Origin: Eledone cirrhosa
Taxonomy: Eukaryota
Assembly: GCA_964016885.1 (NCBI GenBank)
Contig: OZ024741.1
Location: 191,518,001-191,582,000, forward strand
Length of the DNA stretch: 64,000 nt
Direction of reading: 5' to 3'
Below are positions 1 to 12,333 of this stretch, in pieces (within the stretch, counting starts at the first letter, position 1; each line of letters starts with the position of its first letter). The position numbers and the translations under genes are program-made. The notes beneath the pieces are model-generated. The model was not told the origin of the DNA and made no database searches. It was given only the letters and a program-made list of their open reading frames with translations.

Positions 1-186
1 CTATATTAGAAACCGACTCTCTCTCTACTGGCAAAAATTTGTGAAATTATAAAACCAGAAGAACATACATACATACATACACACATACATACACACATAC
101 ATAGATACATACATATTGGCTGCCCCCTCATTATCGCGTATGGCCATTGCAGGAAAAAAAACAAAAAACATAACAACAGTAATGAC

Positions 187-216
<30 letters not shown>

Positions 217-219
<3 letters not shown>

Positions 220-536
220 AAGGAGAGGGACAAAATTAACCGATACCAGGAATTAAAGTGGGAGGTAAAAAGGATTTGGAACTGCCATGAAGTCAAAATG
301 GTCCCAATTGTCATAGGCGCACTAGGTACTATCTCAAAAAGTTTCCAGGGAAGGTTAAAGAAAATTGGCCCCGCCACGCTTTTTGGAACGCTTCAAAAGG
401 CATGCTTGCTGGGAACAGCAAGAACCCTCCGATACATCCTGAATATCTGAGGCTGCAGGTAGTGGCTTGATATTTCAACAAACTTTCCAGTTAACTAACA
501 TCAATGACTGAGACTCAAAGAACAATAATAATAATA
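217..536 (+). mobile_element. Dong/R4-clade non-LTR retrotransposon 3' end
   Basis: Translates EKERDKINRYQELKWEVKRIW...VPIVIGALGTI...LQKACLLGTARTLRYILNI*, the C-terminus of an RLE-type element. (AAT)n on both sides. Confidence 0.8.
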
Positions 537-639
537 AAAAATTATATATATACACACACACACATACATATCTATATATACATATACACATACACACATA
601 CACACACACACAATGACAATTAACGGTGCTGTGATCGAA

Positions 640-2175
640 TGTGGCTTTTTAGCCCAGCCAATGATCTAAAATGTCTTGCACAGAGTTGGGAACCATGATA
701 AAATCATTCACCGGCAATAGATGGCTGTGGTTGGTCTTCATGTACTTTTGCATGTCGTTTGAGGCCTCCTGCTGATCTACACTCTCTACCACATGCTTGG
801 CAGGTATGATGAGTAGCATCTCCAACAGCAGCCTGGTAGTCAACCACTGGTCTCACTTTATGACTGCGAAAATGACTTTCGAGTCAGATGACTTTCGATG
901 TCAGCGCCATAGGATGACCTTCACTGTCTGGAAATGCAACAGCGATGCCCTTCCTCACATCCCTCTTTACTTTCTCGTATGCGATTCAAGATGTTTCAAA
1001 GGCAACTTTCCCCTCATATCCAGTATTTCTCCATTTATTACGATCAGCAGTTATGTTTTCCCATGTATCAGCAGAGATGTTAGCATCTTTCAAAGAGGCT
1101 TTCAATGAATCCTTATACCTCTTGTTTGATTTATGTGGCGGTCGTTTTCCTTTAACTAACTCTCCATAAAAGAGTTGTTTTGGTATTTTAGAATCCTTCA
1201 TCCTGGCAAGGTGACCACTCCATCGGAGTCTTTGCTTAAGCACAAGAGCTTCTATACTGTCACACACAGAGCTTTCCAAAATCTTGCATCACTGCTGTGG
1301 TCCCTCCAGTGAATGCCATGGATCCGTGTGAGACACATCTGATAAAAATGCTCCAATTGTTTAAGATGGTGTCGATATGTGACCCAGGTCTCGCAAGCAT
1401 AAAGAAAAGAAGAGAGCACACATGCCCTGTACACTTTACCTTTGTCTTCCTGCATGTTTCGCCAACCCCAAAGGCACCTTTCTAGCTTTCCGAAAGCATC
1501 ATTTGCTTTCCTAATCCTGAGTGGGATTTCATTATCGAGGTTGCTGTATCGATTGTCAGTGCTTCCCAGGTAGACAAACTTCTCAACCACTCCAAGTTGT
1601 TTACCATACACATAGATGTTTGGCTCACTGTACTGCTTACCAGGGGCAGGTTGGTACATGACGACGGTTTTCTTGAGACTGACAGTCAATCATAAGGCAG
1701 TGCAAGTATCAGAAAATGCATTCAAAATGTGCTGCATATCACTCTCTGTGTGCACTACAAGATCGCAATCACCTGCATACAAGAGGTCTATTATGATTGA
1801 TGTAAATACTTTTGCTTTTGCAGCAAAGCACCTGATGTTAAATATGCTGCCTGGGGTTCGATATCAGATGTAAACACCATGCTCACAATTCCTGAATGCA
1901 ATATAGAAAACCATTGCAAAGTATATGGCAAACAGGGTCGGTGCTGGAATATCCCCCTGTTTCACTCCATTTTTTACTGAGATAGGCCCCGACATGTTAC
2001 CTCTGACATTAACCCAAGCCTTCATGTCGTCTTGGAAAGACCTAACCAAAGCAAGGAACTTATCAGGGCAACCAAGTTTGTTGGAGAACCTTCCATAAAG
2101 CATTTCTGTTAACAGTATCGAAAGCTTTTGTCAGATCGACAAAAACCTGATACAGATCCAGACCTTGTTCCATGT
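640..2175 (-). mobile_element. Degenerate RTE (BovB-like) LINE fragment, RT and C-terminus
   Basis: Broken ORFs contain NGVKQGDIPAPTLF, FVYLGS, LYACETW and LRWSGHLARM...KQLFYGEL...KRYKD. Confidence 0.85.
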
Positions 2176-2362
2176 ACATACATTGATTGATTGATTGATT
2201 CATTCATTCATTCATTCATTCATTCATTCATTCATTCGTTCATTTAATTTTATTGTATACTTTTTGTATTTTCTTATTTTTTATTTTTTCAGAAATTTTA
2301 TCAAGTTTTCCAAAGTCTTCCAATATTTGAGATAATTATTTATTTTTCCTTAATAATTGCAG

Positions 2363-2514
2363 AACATTCTTCCCTTGTCAACGTTGGCTGGCAACCAATG
2401 AAGGTGATGGGCAAATTATGAGAGAACTGGTACCAGTGAATGCTTCTCTCAAGAAGAAATTACTTAAGCATGATTCTGAATATTTAAAAAACCAAATTGG
2501 TCTGGAAGTAAAAG
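2363..2514 (+). CDS. LOXHD1: LOXHD1-like exon, end of a PLAT repeat (about PLAT7) plus linker; upstream exons lie outside the window
   Basis: ttgcAG acceptor and G|GTttcc donor. Translates TFFPCQRWLATNEGDGQIMRELVPVN...IGLEVK, the PLAT FPCxRWLA motif. Phase 2 to phase 1. Confidence 0.9.
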
Positions 2515-2587
2515 GTTTCCTACTTAGACATTTTCTCTTTCTACCATTTCTACACTAACATTTGATTAATAACAGAATAGATATACA

Positions 2588-3262
2588 CATCATCATCATC
2601 ATCATCACCGTTTTACGTCCATTCTTCCACGCTAGCATGGGTTAGACAGGTTGTCCTGTTGTGGGAAATGCTAGGTCAGGTGAACATGTGTTGCTCATAC
2701 AGAACTGATTTGGGCTTGAATTTTACAGCTGGATACCCTTCCTAACACCAACCTCATTTACAGTGAGTACTGGGTGCTTTTTTACCGTGGTGCCTACACG
2801 TCCACTTTACAGTAGGAGGGGGGTATACTATCTATATGCTTCAGCTTCAGCTTGTACCCATGGGTAGTCAAGTCTTCTGTATTACTGCGTAACGAGAGAG
2901 GTTTGCGTCATCATCTTTGAGGGGTGCAATTGGGCAAGGTCAGCTTTTATCACCTCATCCGAGGTCTTCTTGGGTCTCCCCACTCCAAGGCTTCCATCGA
3001 CTTTTAGTGCTCTGCACCTTTTTGTGCAGTTGTCATCCTTCATATGCATCACATGTCCATATCAATGTAATATCCTCTCCTGCACATAACATTTTATTCC
3101 CCTTATGCCTAGTCTCTCTTTCAATATGTTTATGTTTTGCTGTTCACGGATATTACTATTACACATCCATCGGATCATGCAAGCTTCATTTCATTCTAAT
3201 CTACACAAATCTTCTGCACACAATGCCCAAGTCTCACTACCATGCAACATTGCTGTTCATAT
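2588..3262 (-). mobile_element. RTE LINE (family B) 3' fragment
   Basis: Reverse complement of about 17280-18000, with a (CAT)n tail at 2588-2607. Confidence 0.85.
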
Positions 3263-3990
3263 CATATACATATTAGTCTTAGTATGAAATTAGGTCCATC
3301 AAGGAGTTTTGGCAACTTGGGATGAGGATCAAACTGACTATGATTCATTGTTATTTAAAAGCTCAACAGTATTCCCTCATGTCTCTCCTTCCTCAAAATA
3401 CAGAGATAAAATAGTGAAATCTTTTGTTGTTATTTAACAACTCATCAGTATTCACTCATCTCTCTCCTTCCCAAACTACAGAGAAAATTTCCATTGTTAT
3501 TTAAAAATTCATCAGTTGCACTTCCCAAGATACAGAAAAAAAAGCAGTATTGGTCTATGTATTAAAAATGTAAACAAAAATGTGCCAGGCATGTTATGCT
3601 TGGCACAGTTTTGTTTACATTTTGTTTACATTTTAGCCTGTGTGACCCCTTGTATATATTATTTATTCATAACATGTTATATTGGTCCTTTATTAAGTAT
3701 TATTGGGACATAAACCATGTTATGAATAAATAATATATACAGGCAGTTGCACAGGCTAAATAGTTTGCAGTGAGGCTAAATACAAATGGGTATGACTGTT
3801 TATTTATTTAATAGTTTCACTACGAACTGCAATATGTTTCAATCCTGAACACTAAACCTGCAAAAATATGTATCTCTGTAATATTTATTTATATATAAGA
3901 CATGTTATAGTGGTGTATTAATGTGTATATGTATATATATATATAGTGAAAAAAAGTGCGGATGTTAGAAAACGCTCTCTACAGATCACG

Positions 3991-4308
3991 TTATATAATG
4001 AAAATGATAAAAAAAAAGGTTTCAAAAGTGCACCTGGTATATATATATAAAGGATCTTTATAACTTGCACAAAAATTGATGTTAGCAAAACCTACTTTTT
4101 CCATTTGGGATTATCAAAACATTTGTTATTAGGTTAAATTGTTTTTTTGTTCAAACTCCTGCATCTGGCTGAGAATCATCATGCAGGAGTTTTAATGAAA
4201 AGACAATTTAACCTAATAACATCAATTTTTAATGTTATAAAGATCCTTTATATATATATATATCAGGTGTGCTTTTCAAACCCTTTTTTTTATCATTTTT
4301 ATTATATA
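3991..4308. repeat. Long imperfect palindrome / foldback
   Basis: 3991-4084 is inverted at about 4217-4308. Inner stems are tgttattaggttaaattgt/acaatttaacctaataaca and aaactcctgcat/atgcaggagttt. Confidence 0.8.
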
Positions 4309-4311
4309 TAT

Positions 4312-4692
4312 ATGATTAATGTTCAGAGCCATCCTCAGCATTCTCGTGTAGCACCCATCCACCATCTGAGTGAGTTTCTTGGTCAGTGTCCAAGTCTCAG
4401 ACCCATACAGCAGCACAGACTCCACTACAGCAATGAAGAGGCAGATTTTCAGGTCTCTACGAAGGTCCGACTTCCACACCGATCTCAAGCTGTGGCACGC
4501 CGCCCAGGCCTTGCTCTTCCTACATGGACACACTAGAAGAGGAAGACCAAGGTTAACGTATGTTGATGCCCTAAGGACAGACACTGGACTGTTGGAGACG
4601 CAGGACATGGCAGCGATAATGAGGGACAGAGACCGCTGGAGAGAACTCGTCCATGGATCTCGGGAATTTTACCCGCCTTAGATAGATAGATA
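4312..4692. mobile_element. RTE-like LINE 3' fragment with internal inversion
   Basis: Minus strand reads KAWAACHSL...LLYGSETW (4312-4520). It is joined to plus-strand RRGRPRLTYVD...DRDRWR...FYPP* and a (TAGA)n tail. Confidence 0.75.
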
Positions 4693-4734
4693 TATGTATA
4701 TATACACATACAGTCAGTAGGCACCTCTTAACCA

Positions 4735-5097
4735 AATAAACACCCCCATCCCACTACCCCTACTCCATCCCATCCCACTCCCACCAACACCACCCTTTCT
4801 CTGTAAAGTTATGCTGGTACCACAACATCCAGTCCAAACAAATGAGATTGTGTATGTGTCACAACAAAAAAAACACAGTCCATGCTGTAATGTGACCGTG
4901 TAGGTAACACGGTAAAAACCTCCCAGTCCACACTGTAAACGTGGTTGGTGTTAAGAAGGGCATCCAGCCATAGAAAACCTGCCAGACAGTCCTATACAAG
5001 CGAGACACGTCACCCGACCAATCTTGCCTCAAGTGGGACAATTCCCGTATAAACCCATGCTAGCGTGGAAGATAGACGTTAAACGATGATGATGATA
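4735..5097 (+). mobile_element. RTE 3' UTR fragment
   Basis: Near reverse complement of 63419-63660. Ends in gacgttaaacgatgatgat. Confidence 0.7.
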
Positions 5098-5141
5098 TAT
5101 AAAACAGAGTTTTGCAACTTGCTTGAAGCATTGTTTAATAG

Positions 5142-5564
5142 GAAACAAAAATTTAAATTTTGAAGACCAACACAATGTGTTATGAAGAATGTTAAATTGC
5201 CACGATAAGAAAAGAATCTTACCTTAGGAAATTTAACGATCCCAAATATTTTCGGGTTTAAAAACCCATTATCAAGGAAGTAACCCTATGAGAGACTTAA
5301 AAATCGATCGGATAGACTTGTTTATCACTCATACACATGCATATATCATACATTTCACAACACCCATGTTTGAAATTTTAACGTCTTTTCATTTCATTTC
5401 ACTTTTTTAAATCTCTCACAGGGTTATTCCTTTGATAAGGGGTTTTTAAACCCAAAAATATTTGGGATCGTTAAATTTGCTAAGGTAAGATTCTTTTGTT
5501 ATCTTGGTAATTTAACATTCTTCATATGCATTGTGTCAGTCTTCAAAATTTAAATTTGTGTTTC
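5142..5564. repeat. Foldback with ~160-bp inverted arms and ~100-bp spacer
   Basis: 5142-5303 is the imperfect reverse complement of 5403-5564, for example aaatttaacgatcccaaatatttt / aaaatatttgggatcgttaaattt. Confidence 0.85.
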
Positions 5565-5656
5565 ATATATATATATATATCAATTGAAAAAACGAAGTTA
5601 AAGATTCACGTTAATCCCCTGTAATTATATTATATATATATGTGTATATATATATA

Positions 5657-6004
5657 TCATCATTTCATCATCATTTCATTTTACGTCCGCTTTTTCCATG
5701 CTTGCAAGAGTGGGAGGGGAACTGATTCTGGCTTGATTTCTACAGCTGGATGCCCTTCCTAACACCAATCTCATTTACAGTGAGTGCTGGGTGCTTTTTT
5801 TATGCTGTGGCACCTCCACGACCACTTTGCAGTGGAATGATATGGACCCCAGTCCCTATCATCTCATTTCTACAGCTGAGTAAGCTGGAGCAATGTGAAA
5901 TAAAGTGCCATGCTCAAGGAAACAACACACCACCCAGTCTGAGAATTGAACTCACAACCTTTCGATTGCAAGGCCAATGCTCTAACCACTAAGCCATGTG
6001 CCTC
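5657..6004 (-). mobile_element. tRNA-derived SINE (family 2) with RTE-type 3' tail
   Basis: Minus strand has A box TGGCTTAGTGG, B box GAGTTCAATTC, and tail GGAAAAAGCGGACGTAAAATG. A near-identical copy is at 8222-8564. Confidence 0.8.
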
Positions 6005-6086
6005 CATTCATATATATATATATTACTACAGCTACAATACTATACTTACTTCTTACAAAAACTATACCACTGCCCTAATAATACAT

Positions 6087-6350
6087 TTAACCCTTTCAAT
6101 ACTTTATTTCAAATGAAAAACATTATCTATAAATTTCAAGAAAATTTGAAAACAATAAAAAAAATTGGAGGAATTTAGTAAAATAATTTTCTCATTATTC
6201 AATTGGTGTTTGGAACATAACTTAACAAATATTCTTTTAAAAAATTATAATGGAAGGTTTTTAAATAAACAGTTTGGGATTTAAAATAAACAGTTTGGTA
6301 TCATAGAATCAAGGGCAGTTTCCAACAGTTTGCCATCAAAAAGGGTTTTA
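6087..6350. mobile_element. piggyBac-type MITE
   Basis: TTAACCCTTTC...AAAAGGGTTTTAA ends. A related copy is at 34762-34970. Confidence 0.55.
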
Positions 6351-6408
6351 AAAATCCATATATTGCATTAATTACATAAACTTTCATGTTTATTTGAACA
6401 TATTACAG

Positions 6409-6513
6409 CTCTGACGACCACCTACCACATAAAGGTGCACACTGCTGATAAGTGGGGTGCTGGTACTGATTCCAATGTCTATGTGATTCTATATGGCCAC
6501 CTGGATATCTCTG
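6409..6513 (+). CDS. LOXHD1: LOXHD1-like exon, PLAT8 start
   Basis: tacAG...G|GTAAGG. Translates LTTTYHIKVHTADKWGAGTDSNVYVILYGHLDIS, the GAGTDxNV motif. In frame with its neighbours. Confidence 0.93.
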
Positions 6514-7229
6514 GTAAGGGATCAGTTATCACCTTTTTCAGTACATATTGATAACATACACACTCTACTGTCTATATGTCTCTCTCACTCTACTCACTAT
6601 ATGTCTGTCCGTGTGTGGAGGGGTAAATTTGTATATCTATGTGTGTGTGGATGAATGTATTTGTGTTTATCTGTACATGTATTGGGTTGTACATGTGTGT
6701 ATATTATGTGTATGTGTAGGTATTTTGTGTGTGTGTGTGTGTTTTGTGTATGCAGGTGTATTCAGACAATTGAAGTGGATGTGTGACAAATGTTCACCAG
6801 GATTGAACGTTAGTCTATCACGGATAACTTTCCCAGATGATCTGCTACTTATGTCAACTGAAGTAATGCAAAAGTAAGTGTTCTGTTCACAAACAACAAT
6901 AATCAGGCTGTGGTTTGAATCCCTGACCACCCATGAGTATATAATTCTTAATGAGTATATAATTCCTGATCCATAAGTGGGAGATTAGTAATTGTTAGTG
7001 TAGTGATGAATCAGTGATTGTTAGTGTAGTGGTTAATCCTTGATTATTACTGTGTCAGCAAACCAATTGATATAAGTGATGGTCTAAAAATTATACAGCT
7101 TATCTTTGTGGCTTAAAGCTACAATGATTGCTTTAGAACAAAGCTAGTTACACACTCTTTCACAAGAGTTCAGATTGTATGTTAGAACAATCGCTAAATA
7201 CTGATGATCCTTCAGTGGTTGTTTACTGG

Positions 7230-7580
7230 AGTAAGGAGGTGTTGAATTAGTTACTGTTGTTGTAAAATATTGAATTAATGATTGTTACAGCAGTAATGAT
7301 GTGTTAAATCAGTGATTGTTATTTCAGTAGTAAGGTGTTGAGTTATTAATGTAGTGAGACATTAAATCTGTGATAGTTACTGCAGTAATGAAGTGTCAAA
7401 TCAATGATTGTTACAGTAGTAGTGCAGTACTAGTCTTTGTGATTGTTACTACAATGAGATGTTGGATTAATAATTGTATACTGCAGCAGTGAGATCTTGG
7501 ATCATTGATTGTTACAGCAGTAGTAAAGTACCGAATGTAACTAAAGTGGTAAGGTGCTAAATTGTTACTGCAGAAGTATG
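7230..7580. repeat. Degenerate ~33-bp minisatellite
   Basis: Recurring (a/g)tgattgttac(a/t)gcagtagtga...aatc units. Confidence 0.6.
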
Positions 7581-7636
7581 CTTGTTAAGATAGTAAATGG
7601 TGTCTAAGTTTTGTCTGCTTCTGGTTGTATTTACAG

Positions 7637-7745
7637 GGAAAATATTGTTGAAATCTTCAGTTACTAACAGCAACAAGTTTGAACGAAACCAAATTGATGA
7701 ATTTATTGTTGAAGTTGTTGATATTGGAGAACTTCAGAAAATCAA
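7637..7745 (+). CDS. LOXHD1: LOXHD1-like exon, PLAT8 middle
   Basis: ttacAG...AA|GTATAG. Translates GKILLKSSVTNSNKFERNQIDEFIVEVVDIGELQKI, with the NKFER and DIG motifs. Confidence 0.93.
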
Positions 7746-7789
7746 GTATAGTTCCTACATTTTGCTTATTATTATTATTACTACACCTG

Positions 7790-7978
7790 TTGATTAGCAG
7801 TATCAGTAAAGGGTCAGACACCATGCTTTGCAGCATAGAGTTACGGCCCTTTACGGTCTGAGTTCAAATCCCACTGAGGTTAACTTTGCCTTCCATCCTT
7901 ACAGGGTCGATGAAATAAAGCACCATTAATGCTCTGGGATAATTGCTGGCCTTGTGCCAAAAGTAGAAACAATTATTA
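7790..7978 (+). mobile_element. tRNA-derived SINE (family 1)
   Basis: B box GAGTTCAAATCC, body gaggttaactttgccttccatcc, tail ctggccttgtgccaaaagtagaaacaattatt. Confidence 0.85.
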
Positions 7979-8221
7979 CTACAGCTGAATGATGGCAGAT
8001 TGTCAGAATCAGTAGAACATCAAATAAAATACCATTGTGGTATTTATTCTGGCTCTTTACATTCTGAGCTCTAATCCAGCCACGGTCAATAACGTAAAAT
8101 CCCTGTCAAAAACTGGAGTCAATAAAATCAACTCTCTTCTTCCTTCCAATTGCTGGCCTTGTGTCAATTTTAAAAATAATTATTACTATAACTGTTTCAT
8201 CATCACAAAGACTGGGTCTTT

Positions 8222-8564
8222 CATTCATCATTCATCATTTCATTTTACGTCCGCTTTTTCCCTCCTTCCAAGGGTGGGACGGGAACTGATTTTGGCTTGA
8301 TTTCTACAGCTGGATGCCCTTCCTAACACCAACCTCATTTACAGTGAATGCTGGGTGCTTTTTTGCCATGGCATCTTCACGACCACTTTGCAGTGGAATG
8401 ATATGGACCCCAGTCCCTATCATCTCATTTCTACAGCTGAGTAAACTGGAGCAATGTGAAATAAAGTGTCTTGCTCAAGGAAACAACGCATCACCCGGTC
8501 TGAGAATTGAACTCACAACCTTTCGATTGCAAGGCCAATGCTCTAACCACTAAGCCATGTGCCT
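8222..8564 (-). mobile_element. tRNA-derived SINE (family 2)
   Basis: Near-identical to 5657-6004; both give the same spurious ORF in the track. Confidence 0.8.
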
Positions 8565-8604
8565 CTTTGGATTTATAAATTCTATTTCTCTCTCTCTTCC
8601 ATAG

Positions 8605-8789
8605 AATTGGTCACGATGATGCTGGTATTGGAAGTGCATGGTGTTTGGATAAAGTCATTATTGATTGTCCCTCTCTTGGAAAAACCTGGAACTTCCCCTG
8701 TGACCGTTGGTTAGCAAAAGGTGAAGATGATGGCATGTTGGAGAGGGAACTTTATCCTCAACTATTATCAACAGAACAATACATTCCTT
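8605..8789 (+). CDS. LOXHD1: LOXHD1-like exon, PLAT8 end
   Basis: Polypyrimidine tract plus atAG, donor T|GTAAGT. Translates IGHDDAGIGSAWCLDKVIIDCPSLGKTWNFPCDRWLAKGEDDGMLERELYP. Confidence 0.95.
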
Positions 8790-10125
8790 GTAAGTAAGAC
8801 TGGTAAAAAAATATGAATGATACATCTGTAGATTCCTTTGTTCTTCAAATATTGCAGTTGTTTTTATTGTTGTTTAGCTCCAAGTCAAACTTCATCAAAT
8901 ACATTCCAGCCATGACTACCCCACATTTTTAGGAGTATCACTGACTTAATAGGTCATATCTCTGTGTTGAGTCAATCATGATTTACACCTTGTAATCCAA
9001 AACAGGGATCAACTGATGAGGGATACCTCTATGTGGCTTTGAAATTTACTAGAAATAGTAACAAAATCTCCCTCATATTACACTCTACTATCTTAAATAG
9101 TAATTCCTAAATACATTCTGCCTAAATAAAAGATGGGATGACCATTCAATAGTTGGCTTGTTAGATCAAAACTGAATTGGTCTAAACAACAACTTAGAGA
9201 GGGAAGCTTTCTTCCTTGAAGTGAATGTGTTATTTTAGAGAAAGAAAAAGAAAAATCTACTATTTCTCCATATTAAACCAGTAATTGATTAAAATGATCA
9301 AGGCAGTCAATTTGGCAGAGTCATTAGGATATTGGTTATTTCTTCCTTGTCTCTGCATTTTGAATTCAAATCTCACCAAGTTTCACTTTGCTTTTCATCA
9401 TTTCAAGGTTGATAAAGAAATTACCAGCTCAGTGATGGTGCATGCCTCTCTCCTTCCAACTGTCACATCCTAGATGTTCTACTGGATCAAGAGAGAGAAG
9501 ATCAAGAGGGTGTATGTGTCTGTTTGTGAGTGTATGGTCAACTATAAGTTATATAAATCTCGGAAGTTATTTGTTAAAAAATTACACTAGAATGTCTCAC
9601 AAAAATTGAAAACATGTATGCTTGTTTAGGCCCCGGTAAATTGTGAGGTAATGAAAAGGTTAAGCTGCAGCTTGCTTAACTTATACCATAGCCTCACAAT
9701 TGTCTGAAGCCACCCATAGGTGTAGAATAAGAAACTGTTTGTTTTAAAGTGTTATATTTATATAAACTGTCTGAAACTGCCCTTTGTTCTACAATAATTA
9801 GATGATTATTTTTTTATATTTATATTTATCTAAAATCTTTCCATCATAATTAATAATGATAAAATTAGTTGAAAATCATAGACAGTGTCTTTCATTAGAA
9901 ATATTGTTATGAAAATGTTAAGCAGCAGCTTGTTTAACTTATACCAAAGTCCAGCACTGGCTGTGGGTAAAAAGATCCATATTTTTTCATTAATTAATAT
10001 CATATTTTCCACAGTTTTTACCATTTTTATTCTTAAAATAATTCATGCAAATTTAGATGAGAAATGTTGACATGTAATACTTTTTCTTTGCCTGTCTTCC
10101 CTGTGTCTCTCCACCAATACATCAG

Positions 10126-10301
10126 ATATTCCATATGAAATAACTACATACACAGGGGACATATCTCAGGCATCCACTGATGCAGATGTTTATATTGCCC
10201 TCTACAGTAAAGACAAGAGAACACAACAGAAATCTCTGTGTCTCAAAAGTGAGAGAAAACAGAAATTTAAGAGAAATGGAGTTGATAAATTTATATTGGA
10301 G
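10126..10301 (+). CDS. LOXHD1: LOXHD1-like exon, PLAT9 start
   Basis: atcAG...GAG|GTAAGT. Translates IPYEITTYTGDISQASTDADVYIALYSKDKRTQQKSLC...FKRNGVDKFILE. Confidence 0.93.
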
Positions 10302-10618
10302 GTAAGTCTGTCTCTATAAATCAAATTTTATTAAATAATGTTACAAATTGGATTGAAAATATGAACACATATGATATATACAAAGCATATAAATAAAATA
10401 AATAAAATTACAGTAGAATAACATAACAAATATGTTTTAAATATATACATAAATAACATTACTCATGCTTAAATAACATTATAACTTGCTCGCGATTCTT
10501 TCAGAAGGATATATTCCTTTAATGTTGCAATATTAAAGAAAATGTAAAGAGAAGGGACAACCGAGCCACCACCAGAGTAAAAGACAGCAGAATTTCATAT
10601 TGTCTATCTGGATACCCC

Positions 10619-10846
10619 TTAACCCATTAGGATTTACATTATTCTATATATATTATTGTATTTTTGTGGTAAAGGCTTTACCTCACATAATTATTTCAAA
10701 TAATATCGAATCTATGAGATTTTGATATTATTTATTTTGAGAACAATACCTTAACATCTCTATGAAGGGCCAGTTACAGCTGGTTTGAACAGAAAGAAGT
10801 GAGAGAATTCTCACCGGATACGGCTGGTTTAAATGCTAAAGGTGAA
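10619..10846. mobile_element. piggyBac-type MITE
   Basis: TTAACCCATTAGGATTTA...TAAATGCTAAAGG ends. A second copy is at 11352-11567. Confidence 0.65.
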
Positions 10847-10854
10847 GCAAAAGG

Positions 10855-11070
10855 TTATAGTGTATATCAAGATACTACTGAATTTGTTATTGTATGTATG
10901 AACACTCCTAAATTTGCTATTGTCTTTCTAGTTACTCTTGAATGTCATATTGTCTGTTTAGATACTCTTGAATGTGTATTGTCTGTCTAGATATTCCTGA
11001 ATTTTCTAGTGTCTTTCTAGATAGATACTCCCAAGTGTTATATTGTATGTCTGCACACTCCTGAATGTTA
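10855..11070. repeat. ~28-bp minisatellite
   Basis: Repeated tattgtctgtctagatactcctgaatg-like units. Confidence 0.7.
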
Positions 11071-11351
11071 TCTTTTTATTTATTAGTCTTAAATAACACA
11101 CTTCACTAAAATTAAACAACAATCAATCTGCTTCTGTGAGTTTGTGTGTTTTTTTCTTCATTCAAAGACATCAAGATACTAACTGTAGTAAATGGTTAAG
11201 GACTTCTATTAATGTCTCACTGATGTCCAGATATTCCACAGTCCTAGTTCAGCATATAGTTAATCAACACTATGTGTAAATCTATTGACTGTTTGATGGT
11301 CAAGTTTATTTCTACAAATGGCCAGGTTTAGAAACATATCTATGTTATATG

Positions 11352-11567
11352 TTACCCCTTTAGCCTTTACATTACTCTATATTTACTATTGTATTTTTAC
11401 AGTAAACACTTTATTTCACATAATATCGAATCTATGATATTTTGATATTATTTATTTTGAGAACAATACCTTAGCATAAGTATGAACAGCCAGTTATGGC
11501 CGATTTGAACAGAAAGAGGTGACAGAATTCTGGCTGGATACAGACAGTTTAAATGCTAAAGGGCTAA
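11352..11567. mobile_element. piggyBac-type MITE
   Basis: CCCTTTAGCCTTTA...TAAATGCTAAAGGG terminal inverted repeats. Paralogous to 10619-10846. Confidence 0.65.
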
Positions 11568-12333
11568 AGTCCATTCACTAGTTGATGGTGTTTTCATTTT
11601 AAAGATACCAGCAAGTTTTTTAGGTAAAATCTTTAACTCTTAATATCCTGTACCACATTAAACCACATTAGCAAAACAGCCTTGAAAAGTACTGAACAGT
11701 ACTACAGTAGTATGACTGAATCACATTGAACATTTTAATCTTTACTTTAGTTAATTTTCACTCAGGAGGTTGTTATGGCACAGCTGAAGAGTCCTCCTGC
11801 CCTTTTTTTTTTCTTGGCAAGTTTTCTATGGTTGGATGCCCTTCCTATCACTAACCACTTTACAGAGTGCACTGGGTACACTTTACAGAGTGTACTTGGT
11901 GCAGTTATCATGTCGATCATCACTGCTAGAGAGGTTATCATACCATTGACACAACTGAAGTGTCCTTTTGACTCTTTTTGGCATGGTTTCTACAGCTGAA
12001 TGCCCTTTGTATTATCAACCACCTTACAGGGTGTACAGGATGTAATTTTCATGACACCAACACTAGAAAAAAACACTCTCACTCTTTTTGGCATGATTAC
12101 TATGGCTGGAGCCCTTCCTAACAGCAACCACTTTCCAAAGTGTACCAGGTACTTTTTATTGTGGTACCAGCAATATGGGAGTTGCTGGTCATTAACTTGA
12201 ATGAGGAGCCCAAAAGTCAAAATGACTACATCGTTTTTAAAATTTAATCTGGGGGTTTATATAAATAGGAGAAATGTAAATTGTTTTTAGTATTCAGTCA
12301 TGGGATTATCATTGGTTTTATTTATTATTTAAG

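Noticed and set aside
2270-2345. Alternative acceptor ttttttcAG at 2291-2292
   Set aside because: The required frame reaches TAA before the real exon.
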